The notes under the pieces are model-generated. The model had not been told where the DNA came from. It saw nothing but the letters and a program-made list of their open reading frames with translations, and did not search any database. Both the position numbers and the translations under genes were made by a program. Shown here in pieces: positions 52,693-63,704 of a stretch of 64,000 bases of DNA; position 1 is the stretch's first letter; each line of letters opens with the position of its first letter. Source of the DNA: Caecitellus pseudoparvulus (taxonomy: Eukaryota > Protista > Bigyra: Bicosoecida); contig CBFFRQ010000064.1 in NCBI GenBank assembly GCA_965644315.1, positions 325,863-389,862 on the forward strand, in the 5' to 3' direction.

Positions 52693-55104
52693 TCACGACG
52701 AGCCACCAGATTCCAGCATGGCTTCCATTTGCTGTCTGAAAGAGGCACGGGCAGCTTCTAGCTCCTCTGTCAGGCACTCCACTTCCTCCTGCTTCTCGCC
52801 CAGCATTTCCAGCAGCAACGCAGCACGCTGCTTGACATCAGCCAGGGCACTCTCAGCCGCCTCCGCGCGGTGCAGTGCAGTCTTCGCGCTTGTCACCTGC
52901 TCCCTCGCTGACATCAGGCGGGCATGTGATGCCTCAGCTTCCCCACGCGCCGCTGCAGCCTCCCTGCGCAGCGCTGCAATGTCTTGCGCACACAGCTCCA
53001 GCTCGTGCAGCACGGCCTGCTGCACTTCCCGAGGCAACTGCACACGCTGCAGCACTCGTTGCAAGCGCTCAGCTGCGGTTTGGGTAGGCTTCGTGTCAGA
53101 GGCTTCCCCCAGGCCGGCAGGGCTGGCGAGGGCTTGCAGCAAATAATCAGCTGTCTCCAGCCGTGAGGGGGTTTCGGCGGGGACTGCCTCAGGCACCTGC
53201 GCAGACTGCGGAGGGCGCGGTGGCTCCTTTGCCTGCCTCCGCAGACGCGCAATGGAGTTCTCCAGGCCTTCCACCTGGCTACGCAAGCCCTGCACTGTGG
53301 AAGTCAGCACCTCTCGCTCGCCTTGCAATGCAGCGTTTTCGTCAGTCAGCTGCGCACGGGCTGCCTGCGCTGCCTTCGCCTCCTCCATGGCCCCCTGCAA
53401 CGACTGCTCTGCTGCGGAAGCACGCGCTCTCTGGTCCTCCGCCATCGCCATCGCGGCGCGCAGCTCCTCGTCCACGCTGCGTTTGCTTTCTGCTGCCGCT
53501 GCACGCTCTCGCTGCAGCTCGCGCCGCAGGGAGTCATTGGACCTGCGCAGCTCCGAAACATCACGCTGCAGCTGCAAGATGGTTCGCATCATCTTCCCCT
53601 TTCCACCCTGCGCCTCCGCAGGGTGCGGTGAGCTTGCGCTGGCTCCGCCTTCGTCGTCCTCTGAGCCCACCAGAAACTCCGCCTGGCACGCTGCAGCCCT
53701 GTCCTCAGCTGCCGCCGCAGCCCGAAGGGCTTCTTCCAGGTCAGCACGCAAGGCGCTTTGCGCTGCCACGCTGGCTTCCTCCGCCGCCACCATGCTTGAG
53801 TGTGCATCTCGCAGCTGAGAGCGCAGTGCGTCAGCGCTGTGTGCTGCAGCCGTGGCTTCAGACCGAGCAGCGGCCAGGGCTCCTTGCGCTTCATCGCGTG
53901 CAGCATCGGCCGAGGCAACTTCTGCCAAGGCTGATTGCACTTGCTGCTTGTATGCTGCTGCCTCCTCCTGGGCAGTCTTCAGCTCGCCTTGCAGTGTGTC
54001 AATGCGAGCTTGCGCAGCTGCGAGCTCGCTCTCGAGGCTTTGGACCTTGTTCCCTGCCTCAGACAGACTGCCGCTCGCAGATGCTGCCGCTGATGCATGT
54101 TCCGCTTGTTCTCGTTGCAGCTTCTTCAGCTGCTCTGACAACGCCGCGATACGGGCATTGCCAGCCTGCACCTTGGCTTCCGCAGCCTCCTTGGCCCGCT
54201 TCTCCTCCCGCAGCGCTGCACGGGCACTACGGGCAGCACCCTCGAGCTGCGCCTGGCTCTTGCTTAATTCAGTCGCTTCCTCTAAAATTGCGGCAATGCG
54301 CTGGTCCCGCTCCTGCACCTCCTGCTTCGCTTCCTTCAGCTCTACCTGCGTTTCGCTCAAGCGCCGCTCCATCGCAGCACTGGCCTTGCCACCCGACGCC
54401 TGGGCAGCTTCCAATGCTTGCCTAGTTGATGCTTCCGCTGCCTTCGCCCGTGCCAAGGCCTCTGAAGCCACTGAGGCTTCATTGGTCGCATCGGCGGCAC
54501 GCTGCGTTGCTGCGGCGACTTGGGCTTCCCTCGCTGTCAGCTGCTCCCGCAGGCCCTCGTTCTGAACTTTCAAGGCCTTCATCACCTCCCTGGCCTGCAA
54601 AAACTTGCCTTTCAGCATGTCAAGTCGCTGCCGCAGCATAGCTGCGTCCTCGGAGCGGCTGCCATCAGCAGCAGGGCTCGCGGGCGCCGAGGAGGCCTTG
54701 TCGTCCTCTCCCTCGTGCTGAATGGCTGGCTGCGCAGCTTCAGGCTGATCCCCTGGCAATGAAGCGGGCCCCGGGCTTTCAATGCTTTGGTTTGCTTCGA
54801 TTCCAACTGTTGGTACGCTGGGGCTGCTGGGCAAGGGTGCGTCAGGAGCAGGGCTGCTTCTGTCGGCGTGCTCAACTTCCGCAGCTGCATCAGGCGAGCG
54901 GTCCGCATCCACCTCAGCGCCATGCGCCCCTGCTGCCCCGCCATCTACAGCTTCAAGCTGGGACGTCGGTGAAAGTGCAGGTTGTGCGGGATTCTGTGGC
55001 TCATCGCGATTCACTCCCACTGCCTCATCCATCTGAGCCTCCAGCTGCTCCCATTGCTTTGCCGCGGTCTGCAGCACGCCACCCAGTGCACCCCAGCCAG
55101 ACAT
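52693..55104 (-). CDS. TMF1/golgin-like coiled-coil protein
   Basis: N-terminal MSGW..., long coiled coil, C-terminal LLEMLGEKQEEVECL...FRQQM (TMF C-terminal domain). Confidence 0.8.
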   Translation of the reverse strand: MSGWGALGGVLQTAAKQWEQLEAQMDEAVGVNRDEPQNPAQPALSPTSQLEAVDGGAAGAHGAEVDADRSPDAAAEVEHADRSSPAPDAPLPSSPSVPTVGIEANQSIESPGPASLPGDQPEAAQPAIQHEGEDDKASSAPASPAADGSRSEDAAMLRQRLDMLKGKFLQAREVMKALKVQNEGLREQLTAREAQVAAATQRAADATNEASVASEALARAKAAEASTRQALEAAQASGGKASAAMERRLSETQVELKEAKQEVQERDQRIAAILEEATELSKSQAQLEGAARSARAALREEKRAKEAAEAKVQAGNARIAALSEQLKKLQREQAEHASAAASASGSLSEAGNKVQSLESELAAAQARIDTLQGELKTAQEEAAAYKQQVQSALAEVASADAARDEAQGALAAARSEATAAAHSADALRSQLRDAHSSMVAAEEASVAAQSALRADLEEALRAAAAAEDRAAACQAEFLVGSEDDEGGASASSPHPAEAQGGKGKMMRTILQLQRDVSELRRSNDSLRRELQRERAAAAESKRSVDEELRAAMAMAEDQRARASAAEQSLQGAMEEAKAAQAARAQLTDENAALQGEREVLTSTVQGLRSQVEGLENSIARLRRQAKEPPRPPQSAQVPEAVPAETPSRLETADYLLQALASPAGLGEASDTKPTQTAAERLQRVLQRVQLPREVQQAVLHELELCAQDIAALRREAAAARGEAEASHARLMSAREQVTSAKTALHRAEAAESALADVKQRAALLLEMLGEKQEEVECLTEELEAARASFRQQMEAMLESGGSS

Positions 55105-55566
55105 CTTGGCGCGCAGCACACAAGGTGATGGTAGTCAAGCTGCTGAGAGATGCTCGACTGCAATTCGCAGTCTCATGCGCCAGCACGGACGATCCAACAC
55201 TGGACAAGACCGTCACTTGCAGCACGCACCAACAGCCTGACCCCTACGCTGGCAAGCGCCACAGGTGTCGTCTGCAACGCTCGAATACTACTCAGATCCC
55301 CACGAAGGGGTGCTGCCGGTCGCCAGATTAGTTTTTTTGAACTAAGACCCAGGATGCTCCGGACACTTGGCCAATGCCGGCCTGCCACAAGAATGCACAA
55401 GTTACAGAGGGAAAGGTCACCCACATCCTCTGAAACCAACTTATCTCTCACCCGCAAGTTTGCTTGACAGTTGCATCGAGCACTGGCCTGCTTCACAATC
55501 GCCCCTGACGCGCGGCGAGGCCGTGTATATCTTGCGTTTCGCATCGAAACGCCGACGCATAGAAGC

Positions 55567-56762
55567 ATGGCATCCGATGATGGCCGCTTTGACACTCTGC
55601 TGTTGAATATCGCCCAGAATCAGAGTGGGGGAATCGATGGCCTGCTGGACATTTACTTCGGGTTCCTCCGCCGCAAGACAGACTTCTTCACTGGCCAGCC
55701 AGCCGACGTGCAGAAGCGCACCATCCTGCAAGCGATGGAGCGTCAAGCTGCCATTGCTGAACGCAGCCGTCCTGCTCCCAAGCCAGCGGCTGCTCCGCCA
55801 GCCCCTTCTAGCTCGCCTGATGAGGGCGTCGTCGAGCTGTCAGCAGATGGTGCCTTCGATGCCTCTGAGGCTGCAACTGCTTATCCGCAGCCGACGCCGC
55901 AGCAGCCTTCACCGGCAGCAGCTGCCGCATCGTCTTCCACTCCCTCTGGCAGCGAGGAAGACGACAGCGGACCTTCTCCAGGTACGTGCACTGGGTGCTG
56001 CTTCAGCCACCGTCCCGCGCCCACGCCACACGCTCTCGCTACAGCTGGCATGGGCAATGGAGGAGTGACGGACAAGTACTCGTGGACGCAGACGCTGCAA
56101 GATGTGCAGGTGAGCGTGGGCGTGCCCGCTGCCATCAAAGGCAGGGATATCGTGTGTGACATCTCCGGATCCCACATCAAGTTTGGACTGCGCGGGCAAG
56201 ACCCCATCGTGGACGTACGTGCAGTGACCTGTCCTGCCTGCTCGCATGCCCTGCACACACAGACTCGGCACGACACAGGCTCCGCTGGCAAAGCCTGTGA
56301 AGGCAGATGATTGCTACTGGACGCTGGAGTCGTCTGGTGCTTCCAGGACTCTGGACATCTACTTGCAGAAGGCGAACGGCATGGAGTGGTGGAACTGCAT
56401 TGCTGAGGTGAGGTGTGCCTGCCATCGGCCCCAGTGGAGCAGCCTCGCACTCCTGCCTTCCCTGCCCGTCACAGGGCGAGCCCACGATTGACACGAGCAA
56501 GGTTGAACCGGAGAGCAGCAAGCTGGAGGACTTGGATGCCGAGACGCGCAAGACTGTGGAGAAGATGATGGTGGGTGGCGCCGGCGTGCTCTTGCGCGAG
56601 TCTGCCTGCCCCGACTGCCTTGTGCCCGCCCTCACACAGTTTGACCAGCGGCAGAAGATGATGAACAAGCCCACGAGTGATGAAATGCGGAAGCAGGAGA
56701 TGCTGCAGCGGTTCATGGCCCAACACCCTGAGATGGACTTTAGCCAGGCCAAGATTCAATGA
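55567..56762 (+). CDS. NUDC: NudC/BOBBER nuclear migration co-chaperone, 5 exons
   Basis: [47 protein letters not shown]|[17 protein letters not shown]. Confidence 0.96.
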
Positions 56763-56767
56763 ATGCA

Positions 56768-59700
56768 TCAGGGGCTGGGTACCTGCCCAGTCTTCAGGCT
56801 TCTTGTCCATGCCTGCAGCAATCCCTTTGCATCAGGGTTGCGCGACTTCATCACCTTCTTCACGGCTGGGTCGAGGGGCGCTGCGCCCGTATCGGGGAGA
56901 ATGTGCCCCGCCTTTGCCGCCGCTGCCAGGGAGCGAGCGTTCGGCAAGCTAAAGTCCGAACTTGACTGGCGCCTTCTACCACTCTCCGTGACAAAAGACT
57001 GAATCTGGAGCAAGACTGAGCTGCTTTGTGAGGCTAGAGACTGCTCAGGGTCGGATTTCCTGGCAGCCTTGCCAAGCGCGCTTCGAAGCGCGCGCCCAGC
57101 CGCCACCACAAGGGGCGACGCCTGGTCATGCCCCTTTTCATCGAAGGGCATAGTGCTGGACGTTGACCTCGCTGAGTCCGTCGCACGCTGCGTGCCGGAA
57201 TCCTCAGCCAGCTGCGCTCGTGGAGTACTTGGGGAAGCACCTGAATCCGGCTTCCCGGTATTGGTCTGCAAGAGGCCCTCCAGCACGGCAACGCGGTCAG
57301 CGTGCTGGCGTGAAGTGGCACTGTTTCCAACAGCACTCTGCCTGTACCGCTGTAGTGCCTTTCGAAGCGTGCTGCGCTGGAGCCTGGCACGCTGCGCAAC
57401 TGAGAGCAAGGAGACAGGCACACCGGCACTCTCAGGGGACAGGAACCCCGCCAAGTGTTCTGACGAAGACAAATCACTTGTGTCACTCTCCCGAATGATT
57501 GAGGATGCGTGCAGCCCCGCCCCGTGGCGGACAGGGACGATCCTTGGCGCTGCATCTCCAAGCACAGACGCGTCCGCCAAAGACTCGTCTGCATGCAACA
57601 CGGACGTGGGGACTTTTGCAATGGGAGAGGTGAAATGCAGGGTTTGCTTCCGCGAATTGAAGCGCTGCCCAGACTTGAACGCGAATCTGCGCGTTGAAGC
57701 GTCTGCAGCCGTCGGCATGCTTGCCCGCATGGCTGCAGTCGTGGTGCTGGCAGTTGCCAGCACGCTTTTAGGTGGAGGGAGAGGCAGAATTGCAGACATT
57801 GCCGGTGGTAAAGAGTGCAAGCCTTTCGATCCCCTTCGAGTTGGGCTGTTCCGGGTGGCCCACTCGCCCCGTGATTCTTCCTCTTTGCCTGAAGATGGCA
57901 CCGGGTGCCACTTGTGCAGTCGATTGTGGCGGCGAGGCTGCCTGAGCGGCAAGGGAGCATGAGGCGAACCCAGTGTGCAGCTTACCTTGATTTCAGTCCC
58001 TGTGTAGGGTATAGGCACCTTTACCGCCGGCTCGCGGGTGTCCCCGCTGAGGGACACCACGGGGGAGGTCGGGAGAGTGCGCTGAGTCTTGGGCGGTTCC
58101 TTGGCGGATTCGCGCTCGGGTGGGTCCAATCCGAACAAAGCCTGCGAGAAGGCTTTCCCGGGCTGATGCAGCGACTTGTTTGATGCTGCTGCTGCCCGCC
58201 CATCGTCGTCGGCCTCCAGTGCTGCGATGCTCGACCCGAAGCGCCCGGGGTCCAGCATACGCGCCACGTACGAATCAAGTTGCACGGCGAAGTGAGTCAT
58301 GCGCGGAACACGAAACGGCTTCAAGGCGCCGATCCTCCTCGCTTCTTGCAAAGCCAGTGGAATATCCTGCGAGGGCATGCCCTCTTTCCTTGCTGCGGCG
58401 AGCGCCTGTGGCGATGCACCTCGCAACGACCCTGCTGGATCCTGCCCTCCTTGGCACTCGGTCCCTGGCGGGTAAGGCGACCTGTACATATTCCAGTAGG
58501 CCCGAACAGACCTCTCAAAGTCAAACCACGCGGGGAAGCGCATCTCCAACAGCAGCATAGTGCACCCCTTCAATGTGAGGAGCAGAAGGGCACGGCCTGT
58601 TGTGGCGTACGCCCCACCACGAGCAAGCAGGTTGCTGTGCAATGCATCCCACGCTTCCAGGAGCTTAGTGCTCAGTTCCCCCTCAGCTTCAAGGTTCATG
58701 GCTGGTTCGCCGCTCGGCGAAGTTTGGTCAGGATTTGGGCCCTGGGCTTCCGGCGCGGCACGTTCACTGCCCCTCCGCGCGAGACACAGGTGCTCCCCAT
58801 CTGCCTCTGCACGAATGACTTTCCAGTACACAATTCTTGCCAGCAACTGCACCATATCGCACATGGCCTCACTTGTCAACGTCTTACAAACATGCACCCC
58901 AACTTCGCTCACGCCAACCATGGATGCGCCTTTGTGTTTCAGGGTGTGGATCAGTGACGCCGTTGGGCCAGGTGCAGCCGAGCCCCTCCTCTTCTTCTCA
59001 GGTTGGGGATTTCTGGGCGCTGCTGAAGGGAACAGCCGCCGCCAAGGAAGGACCTCTGAGAATTCCCGTAGTGAGGCTGACAGCGTCTTAGCACGGAACT
59101 CTGGCTCCCCTTTCCTCACCACTTCCTCGACAGCGGCCTTCAGGCGGTACCGGATCGCAGCAACCGCACCGGCCTGTGTTCCCCCGAAGCCAGCGCCGTC
59201 ATCTCTTGAATGACGTGGGACACTCTCGTGGTCCGCAGCACGGTTTGATATGGAGGCATCAATAATGTCAGCGACAATCGCGCCAAACCTGTGTTGGAGG
59301 CCTGCCTTGTTGGTCGCTGGGCTGGGTGCGGCAGCCACTCCTCTGGCGTGTTCCGGGTCAGCTTGCCAAAGAACAGAGGCAGGCGATGGTGCTTGGTGCG
59401 CTGAAGCAGTACAAACTTCACTTGAGCTTGTCGAGCGTGCGTGTCCATCCCCCCTGCTCGACTCTATTTTCCCACCCACTTCGCCCTCCTCCTGGACGGT
59501 GGGTCTGCTCGCCGACAGGGAGGCCCTGCTCAATGATTCCCCTTCTTCTAGGTCTCCAAACACACTTGACCTCATTGCTTCGGACATGGCCCCTCCAGTG
59601 ATCACCCCCATGCGGTCTGTGGGGCTGAGGGTTGCCAAGAAGGTGCCTGCTCTGAGCAGCAGCCCTTCTCGGCGCTCGTCGTCTTCCATTCGGAGGTGAT

Positions 59701-60760
59701 CATCGCTAATGACATCAAATACACTGGAATCAGCTTGCAACGGTTGGGAAACAGCGAGCGCCAGCGGGCTGGGAAACCTTTTTGCCTTCTGAGAGCGGTG
59801 AAGTGCTTGAGCGACATCACCCCCCGCACGGTGAGCTTGACTGGCGGCGTCATGGGCCAGCGCATCATCCGTGGCCGAGCCTAAAGCCTGCCCTTTGCCG
59901 CCTGCGAAGAAGATGATGTCTTGTATGGTGCGCCTTTCAGTACTGAAAGGCGTCGACAGAGCCTCTGGCCCGACAGCGCCAGACAAGCTTGCTGCTAAGG
60001 CACGCTCCTTCACCTGCGTGTGGGCAGGCTGGCGGCCCATGGCTCTGTGGTGACTATCTATCACTTCTTTTGCGTTGAATGGGTACAAGAATGCGCGCTT
60101 GAGTGTGTTCAGCGTCGTGCGGCGCTCGCCCACTTTGTGCGGCTGATCACCCGGCAGGGACACGCCTGCCAAGTACTCTGCCATCTCAGGAGGCGCGGCC
60201 ACCGAGCCCGTCAGCGCTGTGGCCAAGCGTGCCCTACGAGGGACCGGGCTTTTCCCAGTGCCAATGTCCTGGGTTGCCACTGCATCTTCCGTCGCCAAAC
60301 CTGCAGGTGCCCCTGCGCATACCTTCGTCCCCGGCATGCGCGACACCTCTTCAACGCTGGCGCAGTGCAGCTTTGCCACAGCGGCCTGAACAGTCCGCTG
60401 TTGTTGGCGCGCAAGGGACTCCACTGCAGATTTTCCGTCTTCGGGAGCCTGGAAAACGACGTCAGGGACTGATCGAGAGGCCCAAGTAGAAAGCAGCCCT
60501 GCTTCCTCAATGGGTGCTGCGATGTCGACATGCTGGTCCTCGCTGGCAAAGTCGCCCTTCTCAGCAACGTGCGCACCATCATGCAACAACTTAGCAGCCT
60601 GTTCATTGAGAAAATGCCTGGACTGCGCTGCAAGTCCCTTTCCAAGGGAGTCTGTCGCTGCTCTTGCAAGTGCAGCGGATTTTGCGCGGAAGTTGATGGA
60701 GTCAGCAATCTCTCGCTTGCGCAGTCCCATGGGCTTCTTCGCCTGGCGGGACCTGTGCAT
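56768..60760 (-). CDS. Large hypothetical protein (1330 aa or more; may have an upstream exon from about 60951)
   Basis: Uninterrupted 4-kb ORF with a central helical region (LLARIVYWKVI, LLEMRFPAWF). No family confidently recognised. Confidence 0.75.
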   Translation of the reverse strand: MHRSRQAKKPMGLRKREIADSINFRAKSAALARAATDSLGKGLAAQSRHFLNEQAAKLLHDGAHVAEKGDFASEDQHVDIAAPIEEAGLLSTWASRSVPDVVFQAPEDGKSAVESLARQQQRTVQAAVAKLHCASVEEVSRMPGTKVCAGAPAGLATEDAVATQDIGTGKSPVPRRARLATALTGSVAAPPEMAEYLAGVSLPGDQPHKVGERRTTLNTLKRAFLYPFNAKEVIDSHHRAMGRQPAHTQVKERALAASLSGAVGPEALSTPFSTERRTIQDIIFFAGGKGQALGSATDDALAHDAASQAHRAGGDVAQALHRSQKAKRFPSPLALAVSQPLQADSSVFDVISDDHLRMEDDERREGLLLRAGTFLATLSPTDRMGVITGGAMSEAMRSSVFGDLEEGESLSRASLSASRPTVQEEGEVGGKIESSRGDGHARSTSSSEVCTASAHQAPSPASVLWQADPEHARGVAAAPSPATNKAGLQHRFGAIVADIIDASISNRAADHESVPRHSRDDGAGFGGTQAGAVAAIRYRLKAAVEEVVRKGEPEFRAKTLSASLREFSEVLPWRRLFPSAAPRNPQPEKKRRGSAAPGPTASLIHTLKHKGASMVGVSEVGVHVCKTLTSEAMCDMVQLLARIVYWKVIRAEADGEHLCLARRGSERAAPEAQGPNPDQTSPSGEPAMNLEAEGELSTKLLEAWDALHSNLLARGGAYATTGRALLLLTLKGCTMLLLEMRFPAWFDFERSVRAYWNMYRSPYPPGTECQGGQDPAGSLRGASPQALAAARKEGMPSQDIPLALQEARRIGALKPFRVPRMTHFAVQLDSYVARMLDPGRFGSSIAALEADDDGRAAAASNKSLHQPGKAFSQALFGLDPPERESAKEPPKTQRTLPTSPVVSLSGDTREPAVKVPIPYTGTEIKVSCTLGSPHAPLPLRQPRRHNRLHKWHPVPSSGKEEESRGEWATRNSPTRRGSKGLHSLPPAMSAILPLPPPKSVLATASTTTAAMRASMPTAADASTRRFAFKSGQRFNSRKQTLHFTSPIAKVPTSVLHADESLADASVLGDAAPRIVPVRHGAGLHASSIIRESDTSDLSSSEHLAGFLSPESAGVPVSLLSVAQRARLQRSTLRKALQRYRQSAVGNSATSRQHADRVAVLEGLLQTNTGKPDSGASPSTPRAQLAEDSGTQRATDSARSTSSTMPFDEKGHDQASPLVVAAGRALRSALGKAARKSDPEQSLASQSSSVLLQIQSFVTESGRRRQSSSDFSLPNARSLAAAAKAGHILPDTGAAPLDPAVKKVMKSRNPDAKGLLQAWTRSLKTGQVPSP

Positions 60761-61328
60761 CGATTCTCCGAGGGGGTGAGTGACGGTGGTCCGTCACCCG
60801 TTCGTGGCAGCGCGCTCACCTGACCTGCTGCGCAGCCTGGGCCCCTTGCGAGAGCGCAGGCCTGCTGTGACTTGGCTGCTGGCGCCCGCCATGACTGTGT
60901 CTCATGTTGCTCAGGCCTCCTTCGTTTCCCAACGTCAAGCCACGTTTTCATCACCAGTGATGCAGGCTGGCCGAAACCGTTGAGACACTTACCAAGACTG
61001 CGCGATTGTGTTTCAGATGGGCCGGTTGTCGCGCAGGCGTGACCCCTGCACTGTGCCAGCGCTGCAGCAACACAGCACGCCCTGTTTTGGCTTCACGCGC
61101 ACCTCAAGGGGCCTGCTGCTTTCAACAGCTGCAACGTTCCCTGTGCAGCCATCTGCTGAGCTACTCTGGGGAAGCCGTGTCCAGCTTGCGGGCAAGTGCA
61201 GTGCAATCGTGGGTCAAAATCAAGTCATAGCCTCTGCCACCACGCTCAATAGTCCACAAGGCAGGCTGTCTGCCGCCTTGGTCGCCTCAACGCACGGCAT
61301 CTCTGCACCCAAGCACGCCACCACGAGC

Positions 61329-61683
61329 ATGGCCAGCATGGAGGCCAAACAAGCTGAGCTTGCCCAGCTGAAAGCCATTGAAAGCATGTCCTCCGACTTG
61401 GTAGTGCAGCTTGAAAGCATCAGCGATAACTTTGAAACACTTGCTGACGGCACGAAAGGTGTGTGCGGCTGGCGTTTCGCCGCCGTTACCGAGCCAAGCC
61501 CCGCCTGCACTGTGCCGTCCCTGACCGTTGCTGGCCGCAGTGGTAGCTGATGTTCTGGGCCGCTGGAATGAGCTCCTAAAAGTCATGGCAGCAAGGGACA
61601 CGCAAATGATCCTCATGCCTCAGGCAGGGACAGCCGCCCCACAAGCGGGCGCACCTGCCGAACCAACTGATGCGAAGCAGTAG
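61329..61683 (+). CDS. DAD2: DASH/Dam1 complex subunit Dad2-like, 2 exons
   Basis: MEAKQAELAQLKAIESMSSDLVVQLESISDNFETLADGTK|VVADVLGRWNELLKVM matches the Dad2 pattern (K..EL..L...S..L...L.DG...VA.VL.NW). Confidence 0.8.
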
Positions 61684-61695
61684 CCGCAACGAACC

Positions 61696-63453
61696 TCACT
61701 GGACCTTGGCGTGAGCTGGCGACAGGTTGCGGTAGCCCAGGCAGGCCCACAGGCCACACCTCCGGTAGCACTTGCAGGGGCAGGTGCTGGGCCCCGCAGC
61801 GAGGAGGTACAGCAGCACACCGTAGGCCATGGCGAGAAGGAACGCCTCCACCTCCCAGCTCAGCGGGCGAAGGCTAAAGAGGACGAGGGTTGCATCCCCG
61901 GGGAGGATCATGGGGGGTGCAATGTCCAGGTCCATCGTGACGTTGGCGAACGCCACGTGCCACGACGCCGCGTGTGCTGCCGCCGCGAGTTGGCGGAGCG
62001 CTGGATGTCCCGGCTCTGAAAGGTGCGCTGGGGAGCGGGGGCGCTGCACCAAAGCCTGCACGTCCTGAAGCAATGCAGATTCATCACATGGGGTCATGCC
62101 GGGTGCGAGCGCATGCACCACTGCTGTGCAGTGTGCGGCGAGGTTCTGCACCTGCAGGCCGCCAGCCGAGTCCAGCATGCTCCAGCGGCCACCCAGAGGC
62201 CCAGCCCCGATGAAGCTGTCAGCAAGCATGTTCTCGCTGTGTTTCTTTGCTTGGGTTGAGCTTTGGCCCGTGCCTGCCTTTGCCGCAGTCGCGTTGTCAT
62301 CGCTTTGCTCAGCTTCCCGCAACAGACCAAGGGCACTATCGCCAGGTGCAGGTGCTGCCGAAAGTGTCATACTTGGAATGCCTCTCCTGGCACTGACTTC
62401 GTGCTCCCATTGCTCGAGCACTGCCGCTTGGGGCAGGGACTTCCAGCGCACGGTTGCTGCAGAGGCTTGGACGATCGACTGCAGGGCTGAGGGCAGCTTG
62501 GGGTCGGCGCCACATGTGCCATCCTCAGCTGGGGAGGTGCATGTGGCATGGGCCCACAAGGAGCCACCAGTGCCCAGCCGCTCCAGTGCGACGTGGGCGG
62601 CGACTCGGCTCGCCGACAGCCCGCCCACCCCAGCCAGTACGTCCCGAGCCCCTTGCCAGTGCAAAGAGCCCCCGCCAGAAAACAACAGCACCGGCATAGG
62701 CATGTTGGAGTCGAGGGTCATTGAAGCAAAGCGCCGCAGGAGCGCCAAGAGCACCGCAACGCCCGATGCGTTGGCATCAGCACAGCCCGGCAGGTCAGGC
62801 AACAGCGTGAAGCAGTCCACGTGCGCCGACAAGAGTAAGACGGGGCCTGACGCTTGCTGCCAACCAGGTGGACCCACGAGCATGGATCGCACCGTGAGCG
62901 GGGCGCTGTCCCAGCTGGCGGTGGACTGCACACGATGCACGCCTGCCAAGGGAGTGAAATCCCACAGATGCTGAATGTTGGAGGCTCCAGCGGGAGCAGC
63001 CATGGTGGCGTCTGCAAGCATGCTGCGCACGTGACGCCACTGCACCGGGCCGCCCGGGGTCACCCCAACGACGGCTTTGCGCAGTCCACCTGGCTTGCCG
63101 AGAAGCTGCAGCTCCACCCGCTGCAACTCCAGACGGCGCGCCAGGGACAGCTGAGAGTCGGGGAGTATGAACACCACTGCCGTGATGTTGGAGCTGGAAA
63201 TCGCAGCATGCACAGCGTCCATGGGCTCATGTACCATGTCCACGAGGACAGCTGAGCCGGGAGTGCGAAGGGCGGTAGCCATGGGCCTCAGCTCGTGCCT
63301 GAGTTGGTTCGCTGAACTACCGTACAGAGCATCTGCCCTTTGGTATTTGGCCATGAAGAACGCCTCTACTTCATCCCGTGCGGCATGCACAGAGCACAAC
63401 GCCAAAAGTAGTGCCGCACAAGGCACAAAACGCACGGCGCTGTTCATCACCAT
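61696..63453 (-). CDS. NCLN: Nicalin-like (inactive M28 peptidase fold) ER membrane protein
   Basis: Signal peptide, SAHVDCF...ADANASGVAVLLAL, QWEHE...IPSMTLS, C-terminal TM. Confidence 0.8.
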   Translation of the reverse strand: MVMNSAVRFVPCAALLLALCSVHAARDEVEAFFMAKYQRADALYGSSANQLRHELRPMATALRTPGSAVLVDMVHEPMDAVHAAISSSNITAVVFILPDSQLSLARRLELQRVELQLLGKPGGLRKAVVGVTPGGPVQWRHVRSMLADATMAAPAGASNIQHLWDFTPLAGVHRVQSTASWDSAPLTVRSMLVGPPGWQQASGPVLLLSAHVDCFTLLPDLPGCADANASGVAVLLALLRRFASMTLDSNMPMPVLLFSGGGSLHWQGARDVLAGVGGLSASRVAAHVALERLGTGGSLWAHATCTSPAEDGTCGADPKLPSALQSIVQASAATVRWKSLPQAAVLEQWEHEVSARRGIPSMTLSAAPAPGDSALGLLREAEQSDDNATAAKAGTGQSSTQAKKHSENMLADSFIGAGPLGGRWSMLDSAGGLQVQNLAAHCTAVVHALAPGMTPCDESALLQDVQALVQRPRSPAHLSEPGHPALRQLAAAAHAASWHVAFANVTMDLDIAPPMILPGDATLVLFSLRPLSWEVEAFLLAMAYGVLLYLLAAGPSTCPCKCYRRCGLWACLGYRNLSPAHAKVQ

Positions 63454-63704
63454 GGCTCGGCTGGATGCGGAAATTGCACCACAGCAGCGCAGCCAGGCAC
63501 ACCCTTGGCCCGGGCAAAATAGAAGGCGACACGCCAAAGATGCACCTGGAGACAGTGACCACTTGGCCTGTCACATCACCCTCAGAGATTCAAGGTTGTG
63601 GGCGCAGCTTGCAACTGCTGGGGCACAGCGCGTCAAGATTTGCCACGCTGAAACACCAGGTGGTGGCGAGCATCTGGGCGGCGTGACAGAGGGGCGCTGT
63701 CAGC

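Noticed and set aside
57076-57093. 18-bp palindrome GCGCGCTTCGAAGCGCGC
   Set aside because: Low-complexity GC arms inside a CDS; plausible by chance.
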